Part shown: piece after piece, positions 35,763 to 43,445 of the stretch
Layout of the letters: every line of letters starts with the position of its first letter
How positions within the stretch are numbered: the stretch's first letter is position 1
IMG/VR virus record: IMGVR_UViG_3300025437_000009
Origin: a virus
Lineage: Duplodnaviria > Caudoviricetes
DNA: 64,000 nucleotides
Reading direction: 5' to 3' (one strand)
The notes under the pieces: model-generated
What the model was told of the DNA's origin: nothing
The model's input: only the letters and a program-made list of their open reading frames with translations
The model's database searches: none
Made by a program: the position numbers and the translations under genes

Positions 35763-38423
35763 TTATTCGAACGTAAACAAATCGTCAAAGGTTGTTTTAA
35801 TATCTGTACTTTCAGCAATACGCCACTCTAGTACACCCAACAAGTTTTCTACCTTTTGATCTACAATAGTTGATTCCATAGTTGAATCATCAAATGGTAA
35901 CTCTTTAAACCACGCAGGAATATGTGTTTCATCTGTGGGATAGCCTACACTAGTAAGTCCCAGTGGATTATCCTTTAGCTTACATACAATAGTTTTCATA
36001 CCATCAACAATGGCAGTACTATAGTTGTCGCCATGCATCTTTTTAAGACGATTCCAGTTCATTGCAGCACGAACGTGTCCTGGCATGTTAGCTTTGCCTA
36101 GACGTTCTTCTTCTGCCGTATATTTTGTTAAGTTATTAACACGTTTAGGTGTGCCTTTTTCCCAAGCTGGTCGATCAGCAAATTTAAGTTTAAACTCGCG
36201 AACCTTTTCAATAACACTTTCCTGCGTTGCGCCGGTTAATACGTCCATTAACAAATCACTTAAGAAGTCCTGCACTACCTTAGGAGTATCTGAACGCTTA
36301 AGGTCTAAGCCCATGGCCTTCATCTTACCTGGCTTGCCGTGTGTGTCTAAGCGCACACCTTCCATGTCGTAGATTAGTACACCATAGCGTTTCTTCTTGA
36401 TGAATAGTCCCTTTGATGCAACCATTTCACGACCGCCTTTGATGATTGAACCCATCTCTCTAGGGCAATGGCAAGCACGTTCCATAAACCCTGGGAAGCT
36501 ATCATTTACTGAATCGGCAATGGTATCATATAACTGTACACAGATTTCTCTGTTCCACTCCATGCGTCCTGATTCTACTTCCTCTTTGATTTGCGGCCAG
36601 GCTGAGAAATAGACCGAGTCCGTGTCTCCGTATATGACCGCTTTACCCACGTGGTCGTACTCACCGGTGATAGCTTCGTTGACATGCGAGTCCATGTGTT
36701 TGGCAATGATACGACCCGTAAGTGTCGTACTTTGGCCAATGCGCTGGTCAAAGAAGCGACAGCCCGGATTGAGGATCGCCCCGTAAAGCGAGTTGAGGTT
36801 AATTTTTTTGACAAGTTGCCTTTTGTCCCAGAACGCTGTGTCTTCCGGAGTTTCTGCGGCTTTCTTTTTAGCTTGCATTTCTTTTCGTTCAGCATACCAT
36901 CTCTCCAATAATCCAGGAATAATACCTTTCATATCATATTTAAATATTGTTCCGTTAGCACTGAATGTCCAAGGTTGATTACTATCAAATACCAATCGCC
37001 ACACATCTGCGGCTGACATTACATCACTGGAACCATCTTCCCAGTCTATGGTAATCTCTGTGCCTTGGTCCATGTTCATCACTGCTTGATACTCTAAGCT
37101 ACCAAACATGTTTTCCCAAGCATCAGCAAAACTACTACCACTGGCCATCTTTTCCTTGATGTAGTGATCAGTCATTACCGGACGTAACTGTCCTACGATT
37201 GTTTCTGGACCCATGTTAAGAGCACGGATCGCTGATGGGTAGAGCGAGTTGATGTCAATGGCGCCGATGTATTCGTGCATACCTTTTTTGGGATAAGCAA
37301 CATAGGCACCTGCGGCTTGCGTGTTTCCTTGGTCATCTCTAGATCTCCTGTTAGGCACAACCATGTTACGGCTGTGTGCTTCATTAATAATAGCTTGTTC
37401 GGTTACGGCTACAGCACCCATAGTTGTTTGTAGCAATACTGTATTATCATGTGCAAGTTCATTGGCCAAGTCTAAGAAACGTAATTTCTTATCTAGTTTG
37501 GCCAACAACATAGTATCTTGACGATTATAGTCAATGAACTTAGGAAAATCTCGATTGTATAGTTGATCTAGGGTACCATCGTATGCAACCTTAGATCCAA
37601 CTTCTTCATATTCGCCAATAGCGTCTAATGAATAGCTATGGCGTTCTTCATAGGTATACTTACGATACAGTTGCATGTAATCTAAGTGTACCCGACCCAA
37701 CAAATCAAATGTTAAGTTTTCTGCTCCAAAACGTTCGAATGTACGTTGCTTGGGCATCTGTCCCCATAGGCATAGTCTACGTGTGTCATCTTTTGATAGC
37801 ACACGAGTAATACGCATAACGGTATATGGGATATCAAAACCTTCACTATTCCAACCTGACAAAATATCTGCGTCTTGGATTAAGTCTAGGAACGTGTTGA
37901 GCATGTCTTCTTCACGTTCAAACAAGTAACAGTCTGTGAACTGATTGCAAATTTCTTGTGCGGTTTCCCATGAATAGCTCTTAGGCGGAACTACTAAGGT
38001 AACTAACTTATCCATCCAGTCTAGATAAACTGATATGCTAGTAATAGGATTAAATGGATCTTCAGGTTTAGAGTAGCCACGTACTGGATCAAAGTCGACC
38101 TCAATGTCGAAAAAGGCTGTTTGTAGTTTGGGGGAATCTACACCTAAGTAATTTTCTTCTAGACAACGGAAAATGGGATTAATATCTGATTCCCAAAGGC
38201 CTTTACCAGAATTAATACGTAGTTCTTTGTGGAATTCTTTTGAGTTGCGTGTAGCAAAACGTGTTACAGGCGTGTCAAAAATAGTGCGGAACTTACCGCG
38301 AGGGTCATCGTAATAGAATACATAGTTAGCTGGATATTCGCGATATACACGTTCTCCATTTACACGTTCTACTACATGAATGCGATCTTTGTCGCGATCA
38401 AATAATGCGTCAATATAACTCAT
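35763..38423 (-). CDS. polB: Family B DNA polymerase with 3'-5' exonuclease
   Basis: FDIEV, WNSEGFD, YNRQD, DINSLYPS, KINLNSLYG, YGDTDS, KKRY; no intein. Confidence 0.97.
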   Translation of the reverse strand: MSYIDALFDRDKDRIHVVERVNGERVYREYPANYVFYYDDPRGKFRTIFDTPVTRFATRNSKEFHKELRINSGKGLWESDINPIFRCLEENYLGVDSPKLQTAFFDIEVDFDPVRGYSKPEDPFNPITSISVYLDWMDKLVTLVVPPKSYSWETAQEICNQFTDCYLFEREEDMLNTFLDLIQDADILSGWNSEGFDIPYTVMRITRVLSKDDTRRLCLWGQMPKQRTFERFGAENLTFDLLGRVHLDYMQLYRKYTYEERHSYSLDAIGEYEEVGSKVAYDGTLDQLYNRDFPKFIDYNRQDTMLLAKLDKKLRFLDLANELAHDNTVLLQTTMGAVAVTEQAIINEAHSRNMVVPNRRSRDDQGNTQAAGAYVAYPKKGMHEYIGAIDINSLYPSAIRALNMGPETIVGQLRPVMTDHYIKEKMASGSSFADAWENMFGSLEYQAVMNMDQGTEITIDWEDGSSDVMSAADVWRLVFDSNQPWTFSANGTIFKYDMKGIIPGLLERWYAERKEMQAKKKAAETPEDTAFWDKRQLVKKINLNSLYGAILNPGCRFFDQRIGQSTTLTGRIIAKHMDSHVNEAITGEYDHVGKAVIYGDTDSVYFSAWPQIKEEVESGRMEWNREICVQLYDTIADSVNDSFPGFMERACHCPREMGSIIKGGREMVASKGLFIKKKRYGVLIYDMEGVRLDTHGKPGKMKAMGLDLKRSDTPKVVQDFLSDLLMDVLTGATQESVIEKVREFKLKFADRPAWEKGTPKRVNNLTKYTAEEERLGKANMPGHVRAAMNWNRLKKMHGDNYSTAIVDGMKTIVCKLKDNPLGLTSVGYPTDETHIPAWFKELPFDDSTMESTIVDQKVENLLGVLEWRIAESTDIKTTFDDLFTFE

Positions 38424-38427
38424 AAAT

Positions 38428-38497
38428 CTCCAATGTGTAATTTCGAGCTTACACTCACTCTACATGCTGATTAAGTCAGCGACTCTATTAATATTTA
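38428..38497 (-). promoter_or_regulatory. polB leader: TAAATA, two hairpins, SD
   Basis: GCTGA-N5-TCAGC and GTGTAA-N8-TTACAC, the latter 3 nt before SD GGAG. Confidence 0.55.
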
Positions 38498-38527
38498 CTC
38501 CTAACAGTATAGCAGTTAAATATTAGT

Positions 38528-39184
38528 ATGTCAAACATTTCACGACTCATTTCTTTTGGTTCTAGTCCTATAGCTGGCTTTGATCTTCCTGTGGCAAATT
38601 CATCATTTGCAAATATTATAGCACAACGATTGGGTTTAAGCTACCTTTGTCTTGCTAAAGCAATAGCATCAAATACCAAAATTGTTCGCAAGATTGTAAC
38701 CTATGATGGCTATGCCAACGATGCTGTAATAGTCATGTGGACCAGCGTAAATCGATATGAGTTTAAAACCATGCAAGGCTGGCGCAACTATGCACAAATG
38801 GACGCTGACAAGTCTGGGTCAAATTTTATAAAAGAATGGTTTGCGGGACCAGCTAGTTTAGAATACACAGAACTGTTTACTAGTCTTAAAGAGATTCTGT
38901 TGGCACAACAATTTTTAGAATCTCGATCGATACCTTATGTATTTTTAATTGACAATGATCAAATACCTGCGAGTCGTACTTTTAATTCCGATGATTTGTA
39001 CATCAATAATTTAAAAGGTATGATTAACTGGGATAAGTTTTTGACCTTCGACAATCAAGGATTCATGCCCTGGGCGAGATCTAAAGGATTTGAATTTACA
39101 TCAACCTCAAGTCCCCACCCAAGCACAGATGCACATCAGGCCGCGGCTGAATATGTTCTTGCTAGTGGGAAAGTAACATTCTAG
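38528..39184 (+). CDS. SGNH/GDSL-like hydrolase family protein
   Basis: FGSSPIAG, ASN, VIVMWT, C-terminal HP...AH; TAAATA-N5-ATG. Confidence 0.6.
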   Translation: MSNISRLISFGSSPIAGFDLPVANSSFANIIAQRLGLSYLCLAKAIASNTKIVRKIVTYDGYANDAVIVMWTSVNRYEFKTMQGWRNYAQMDADKSGSNFIKEWFAGPASLEYTELFTSLKEILLAQQFLESRSIPYVFLIDNDQIPASRTFNSDDLYINNLKGMINWDKFLTFDNQGFMPWARSKGFEFTSTSSPHPSTDAHQAAAEYVLASGKVTF

Positions 39185-39455
39185 CTAGGCCCACGCTGTC
39201 TATAGTTACTAAGAAAGCATAGTTAGCCAGTAGGCCAAAGCTACCGCGTGTATAACAGGTCCAGGCCGCGGCACAACACCCACTGATAAAAATTGAGTAT
39301 AACGGAATAACTGGAACTGTGGGAACAGTAGCAGCAAAAATAATAGCACTGATAACGCTACAGGCCCAGCTGAATAACTCAGCGCAGAAACGCAGGGGAT
39401 ATTCCCGAAAGTCTCTGCGTATATATTCAATAGTTCCGTTAAAGATTTCTATCAA
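39162..39455 (-). CDS. Small multi-pass membrane protein
   Basis: Three hydrophobic segments. Confidence 0.7.
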   Translation of the reverse strand: MIEIFNGTIEYIRRDFREYPLRFCAELFSWACSVISAIIFAATVPTVPVIPLYSIFISGCCAAAWTCYTRGSFGLLANYAFLVTIDSVGLARMLLSH

Positions 39456-39712
39456 AGTGTTTTACCTACTGTTTCGAGAATTGTATTCAATTCATCGTGG
39501 TCTTGATTAGTTTCACCTAGCTTAGATTTTTGTGCAATCTTAATAGCTTTTTTAAGAATAGCTGGTTTGATTTCCATTTCTTCAGCAATGGCTTTTACTG
39601 TATCGTTAAGTCCTGCATTAAGGTCTTCAATTTCTTGAAGTACTGCCATACCTTCGTTGATAATTTGAGTTAGTTTTAGTTTTTGCTCATTGCTAAACAT
39701 ACGTGCTGACAT
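39452..39712 (-). CDS. T4 DsbA/GapR-like dsDNA-binding protein
   Basis: IEDLNAGLNDTVKAIAEEMEIKPAILKKAIK pattern. Confidence 0.65.
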   Translation of the reverse strand: MSARMFSNEQKLKLTQIINEGMAVLQEIEDLNAGLNDTVKAIAEEMEIKPAILKKAIKIAQKSKLGETNQDHDELNTILETVGKTL

Positions 39713-39736
39713 TGGAATCTCCTTGTTAATTGAATT

Positions 39737-39765
39737 ATTATACAGTATTTAATTGTGTAGAGCAA
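39737..39765 (-). promoter_or_regulatory. Dual promoter: sigma70 plus TAAATA in the spacer
   Basis: TTGCTC-17-TATAAT; TAAATA at 39751-39746. Confidence 0.65.
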
Positions 39766-39782
39766 GAGACTTTTAGAAAAAT

Positions 39783-39877
39783 TGCTCACTTTAGAAAGTT
39801 TCGGGCACGACTCCGAAATGGTTCCAGGCCAGCAGCCGGCCACACCGCCGTTACAAGTAACGGGTCCTAAGGGTGTT
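39783..39877 (-). ncRNA. Candidate structured RNA (four-way junction)
   Basis: GC-rich intergenic segment with three hairpins (39848-39863, 39827-39841, 39799-39818) enclosed by CAC..TTAG/CTAA..GTG; strand inferred from the local transcription direction. Confidence 0.55.
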
Positions 39878-39882
39878 TGGTT

Positions 39883-40845
39883 TTATTTTGGTCTTCTTTG
39901 TGTGTAGTCATCCAATGACGAATAAAATTGTGGATCTTTTGCTGTTTGCGGCCAGGTGTTGGTTTTTTGTAAATTACGGTGAGCTGCGTATGAATAAACA
40001 TCCTTTGCAATATTGACATACTGTTGTAAAGTTAAATTGCTTTTTCCTTTGTTAATAATCCAAAGAACCCAAACAACATTTCCTGGTTTATATCCGCCGC
40101 CTGGGTTGATTTGATCAGGACTAGGGCTAGTCCACTCGCCGGCAGCTTTCAAAAACCCTTTTCCTATACTGGCACCAAACGGCAAACCACTGTAAGCACA
40201 ACGTTCCTGCTGTAAGTCGTGAAAAATATACCAGGCTTGCTCGATATCAAATTCTATTCCAGCTTTTTGACGTCCTAACATTCCTTGAATACTTTGTGCC
40301 CAATACTGATGCACGGTACTGTTTGGGTTAAACCCTTTACTTACAATTGATGTAATTTGCTGGTCCCATACCTGTGATGTTGGAATCCTAACAGGTTCCG
40401 TTGCTCCAGGTAACAAACTAGCTACATTTGAAGGGGGCACTTTAGTTGACGCCAACAAAACTTTTTTTAATGTTGAAATATTTCCTAAGACATGTTCGCA
40501 AAGACTTATAAAACTTGCCTGCGGCATATTCATTTTTACTGAATTTACACACCAACGAACAAACTGCACATTGTTGGCGGTATATCCAGCTGCAGGATTG
40601 ATTTGATCGGCACTGATCATGTCCCAGTTGCCGGCTCTCTCAAAACTAAATGGTTTACCTGTTAGAGCACACACTTGGCCTTGTCTTTGGAATATTGCCC
40701 AGGCTTCTTCTAACGACATTTGTGCTTTTTTGCGAAGGGTTGATCGCCAGAAATTTACAAACTGCACGTGTATAGGGTTGTTTGCATCGTACCCAGCAGT
40801 TCTGGCGGTATATGGATTGGCTTCGACAATTTCAAACGTTTTCAT
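39883..40845 (-). CDS. Tandem HNH-like domain protein with capsid-targeting-like N-terminus
   Basis: Two repeats: CALTG..SADQINP..GY..NVQFVRWCVN..K and CAYSG..SPDQINP..GY..NVVWVLWIIN..K; N-terminus MKTFEIVE. Confidence 0.7.
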   Translation of the reverse strand: MKTFEIVEANPYTARTAGYDANNPIHVQFVNFWRSTLRKKAQMSLEEAWAIFQRQGQVCALTGKPFSFERAGNWDMISADQINPAAGYTANNVQFVRWCVNSVKMNMPQASFISLCEHVLGNISTLKKVLLASTKVPPSNVASLLPGATEPVRIPTSQVWDQQITSIVSKGFNPNSTVHQYWAQSIQGMLGRQKAGIEFDIEQAWYIFHDLQQERCAYSGLPFGASIGKGFLKAAGEWTSPSPDQINPGGGYKPGNVVWVLWIINKGKSNLTLQQYVNIAKDVYSYAAHRNLQKTNTWPQTAKDPQFYSSLDDYTQRRPK

Positions 40846-40976
40846 ACTGGTTTCTTATAAATACCTAGTGCGGTAACAGTACAGCGTGATGCATCAAAGA
40901 ACCCGAGGATTTCCTGTACTTCCCCTCTGGGCAACAACGAATTGGCAGACGAGCTTTGTAGTGCATCGCCGCACAC

Positions 40977-41720
40977 TTATTTTTTTTTACGCCCTTGGCA
41001 ATGGGCACGTTGACTAAATCCTTTTGGGTGTGAACAATCAATACTGCGTTTGTATTTTTTAGACCATTTTTCATCTAAGACTGATTCATTTTTAGAACGA
41101 CCAGATTTCATATTAGCACACCAATGATACATCTTGGCACGTTCGCCTGAGGCACGTTTGGCTTTGGCACGTAGACTGGTCACACTACCTTTACAGCTGG
41201 CGCCTGCACGTTTGACACGCCCTGGACGACTTTTGCCTTTGACCTTGCCGTCGTGAAAGTTTTCTTTTAAGAATGTATCAGCTAGTCGTTTGCACAATTC
41301 TCGTAGTTTTGCGTTGTCTGTTTCTATGCTATCGTCGTGATCTTGTGTAGGATCTTTATATCCGCAATAGACGTGCTCTATGCCTGCATCAGCAATTATA
41401 TCTTCACAACTTTCGCCAGACCGGTCATTCATTGGACGATTACAAGGACTTAAGGTAGTAACAATTATACATTCTGGAGTAATATCACCGTAAGCATCAA
41501 TGGCTGCACGTTCAGCATGTACATATTTGTCATCAATTTTATAACTAGTACGGCAAACTTTTTGACCTTCGGGACCTAATACACAAGCACCAACCATGCC
41601 ATAATGGTCATTGTCTTTTTCTTGATTGTCAAGAACTAACTCGCATAATTCAGCAAGTATAGCATCTAATTCTTCTCGGGGATCACTAGACGGGGCTGTA
41701 AGGATTTCTTGGATAATCAC
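40977..41720 (-). CDS. Zn-dependent deaminase (CDA/RibD-like) fused to basic Cys-containing modules
   Basis: HAE...SPC...C, then modules following LKE and LDE. Confidence 0.75.
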   Translation of the reverse strand: MIIQEILTAPSSDPREELDAILAELCELVLDNQEKDNDHYGMVGACVLGPEGQKVCRTSYKIDDKYVHAERAAIDAYGDITPECIIVTTLSPCNRPMNDRSGESCEDIIADAGIEHVYCGYKDPTQDHDDSIETDNAKLRELCKRLADTFLKENFHDGKVKGKSRPGRVKRAGASCKGSVTSLRAKAKRASGERAKMYHWCANMKSGRSKNESVLDEKWSKKYKRSIDCSHPKGFSQRAHCQGRKKK

Positions 41721-41762
41721 TATTGTCGCCCTCGGCTTGTTCGGGATAAACTGGATATTCGT

Positions 41763-42125
41763 TCATTCTGGATTTTCTTCGCTGTAGTTACGCATGATAA
41801 CACCAGCAGTAGCATTAGCATCATTTTCTTCGTCACTGCCAGTGACTCCAGAATCTGGACCTAATTTGTTTTCTTGATCTTGTTTATAGTGTACTAGTTC
41901 GTGTGCTAGTGTACGGAATACATCTTTTGGGTGACGACCTTTTGACACTAGATAAATTGTTTTTTCTTCTGGTTTGTAAGCACCAAATGTTAGGCCTTCT
42001 GCATCAGGAACCTTAGTAACTACATCAATACGTGGGTGCTCGTCAATACCCAAATGGTCACAGGCAAACTTAACAAAGTTTGGCAATTGACTGTGTATTG
42101 GATCAACTACTTCGAAGATTTTCAT
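41763..42125 (-). CDS. Small HExxH zincin-like protein
   Basis: RTLAHELVH; N-terminus MKIFEVVD. Confidence 0.7.
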   Translation of the reverse strand: MKIFEVVDPIHSQLPNFVKFACDHLGIDEHPRIDVVTKVPDAEGLTFGAYKPEEKTIYLVSKGRHPKDVFRTLAHELVHYKQDQENKLGPDSGVTGSDEENDANATAGVIMRNYSEENPE

Positions 42126-42526
42126 TTTTTCGTTTTAAGTTGTATAGCACCAACTCGACGTGTTGGACTTGTTTTGTTTACTGTGTCTACTTCATCTGAG
42201 CCGTCTGGTGTAAGTTGTGTGTGATTAGCTTCCCAACCAAATGCTTTAGCAGCTTGATCTAAAATCTTACGCTCGCCTTCACTGTAGGCCACAGCAACAA
42301 GACTTTGTCCATTTGGACCATCTTTTTTTGGCTCGTGTTCATATTTGCCATCTGGTGCACCAGCACCACCTAAGAAGTAAGCAGCAAAACGCCAGGGGTG
42401 ATATGGACTAGAGTTATCTAGCTTATGGTGACTACGCATACCCGGTGTAGCACTTTGATGGCTATCTGGAATACCGTCGTTGTCCTGATCCTTTATATCT
42501 TCGGTGATAATTTCGTTTATTTTCAT
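42122..42526 (-). CDS. Hypothetical putative internal protein
   Basis: Start MKINEIITE at 42526. Confidence 0.7.
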   Translation of the reverse strand: MKINEIITEDIKDQDNDGIPDSHQSATPGMRSHHKLDNSSPYHPWRFAAYFLGGAGAPDGKYEHEPKKDGPNGQSLVAVAYSEGERKILDQAAKAFGWEANHTQLTPDGSDEVDTVNKTSPTRRVGAIQLKTKK

Positions 42527-42957
42527 TTTGTAGTAGCCCTTAACATCCATGCATGTTTTTGGAACGCATCCATACGTTCTGCTAGGAAGTTTGAGAAGCC
42601 ATGCTGTCCTTCTGCTTCAGCTAGATCATAAACACGTTTAAGAATTTTAACCATGTTTTCTGCATCTGCTAGCAATTCATCAACCATTGCTATGCCAGGC
42701 ATAACTTCAGTTTCATCTTCAATACGTGTTAGTACACTAAAGCGACTATTGCTACCGGGAGCATAACCGCCTAAGCTACGAATCTTTTCTGCAAATTCAT
42801 CTACTGTACCGTAAACTTCTGAATAGATAGTTTCAAATAGACTATGTAGTTCTTGGAAGTTGATGCCTTCTACGTTCCAATGAAAGAAATGTGCTTTCAA
42901 ATAGAAAGTATATTGACTAGCAAATCCAATCTTAGCGGCTTTGATTAACTGTTCCAT
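42523..42957 (-). CDS. dps: Dps / ferritin-like DNA protection protein
   Basis: HFFHWNVEG.NF.ELH.LFE...DEFAEKIR..G, KHAWML. Confidence 0.92.
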   Translation of the reverse strand: MEQLIKAAKIGFASQYTFYLKAHFFHWNVEGINFQELHSLFETIYSEVYGTVDEFAEKIRSLGGYAPGSNSRFSVLTRIEDETEVMPGIAMVDELLADAENMVKILKRVYDLAEAEGQHGFSNFLAERMDAFQKHAWMLRATTK

Positions 42958-42958
42958 G

Positions 42959-43444
42959 TTATTCCTTGTTTGGTACGCAGTTATTTACACGCACTCCACC
43001 TTTGACTTTGGTCTTAGGTGTGCCAATGTGTTTGCCTGACCAGCACTTAGGATCTAATCGTGTTTTAGTTGCTTTCGCTTCAGTTAATACTTGATTGTAC
43101 CATGTCATGGCATTTTCTAACATAACCATTAGATCCTGCACCGATTCGCAATGCCACTTGCGTAGAGCTTTGTTGATACGGCTGTTTGGATCACGTTTAG
43201 TTTTTGCACCAGCACGATGTTTCTTCATGCCCTTCATTCGAGCACAAAAACTCTTACGACGCTTAGAGGCTTTTGACCCCTTCTTTAACTTGCTAGGTTT
43301 TGTAGTAACGGCAGTCTGTAGTTTAGAGCCAGGATGACTACGGCGATAAGACGCAACACCCTTTTTATTTAGGCCGCCATTTTTGTTTTTGCCTTTACTG
43401 GTTTGCCAGGCTTCAGCTTCTACAACAAAATCTGAACTTTTCAT
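42959..43444 (-). CDS. Highly basic modular protein (putative head-packaged DNA-binding polyprotein)
   Basis: MKSSDFVVE, then K/R-rich modules ...RRKSFCARM...KWHC and ...KCWSG...NNCVP. Confidence 0.75.
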   Translation of the reverse strand: MKSSDFVVEAEAWQTSKGKNKNGGLNKKGVASYRRSHPGSKLQTAVTTKPSKLKKGSKASKRRKSFCARMKGMKKHRAGAKTKRDPNSRINKALRKWHCESVQDLMVMLENAMTWYNQVLTEAKATKTRLDPKCWSGKHIGTPKTKVKGGVRVNNCVPNKE

Positions 43445-43445
43445 A

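Noticed and set aside
40856-40863. TATAAATA on the plus strand as an antisense late promoter
   Set aside because: A single AT-rich match with no plus-strand gene downstream; it cannot be distinguished from chance.
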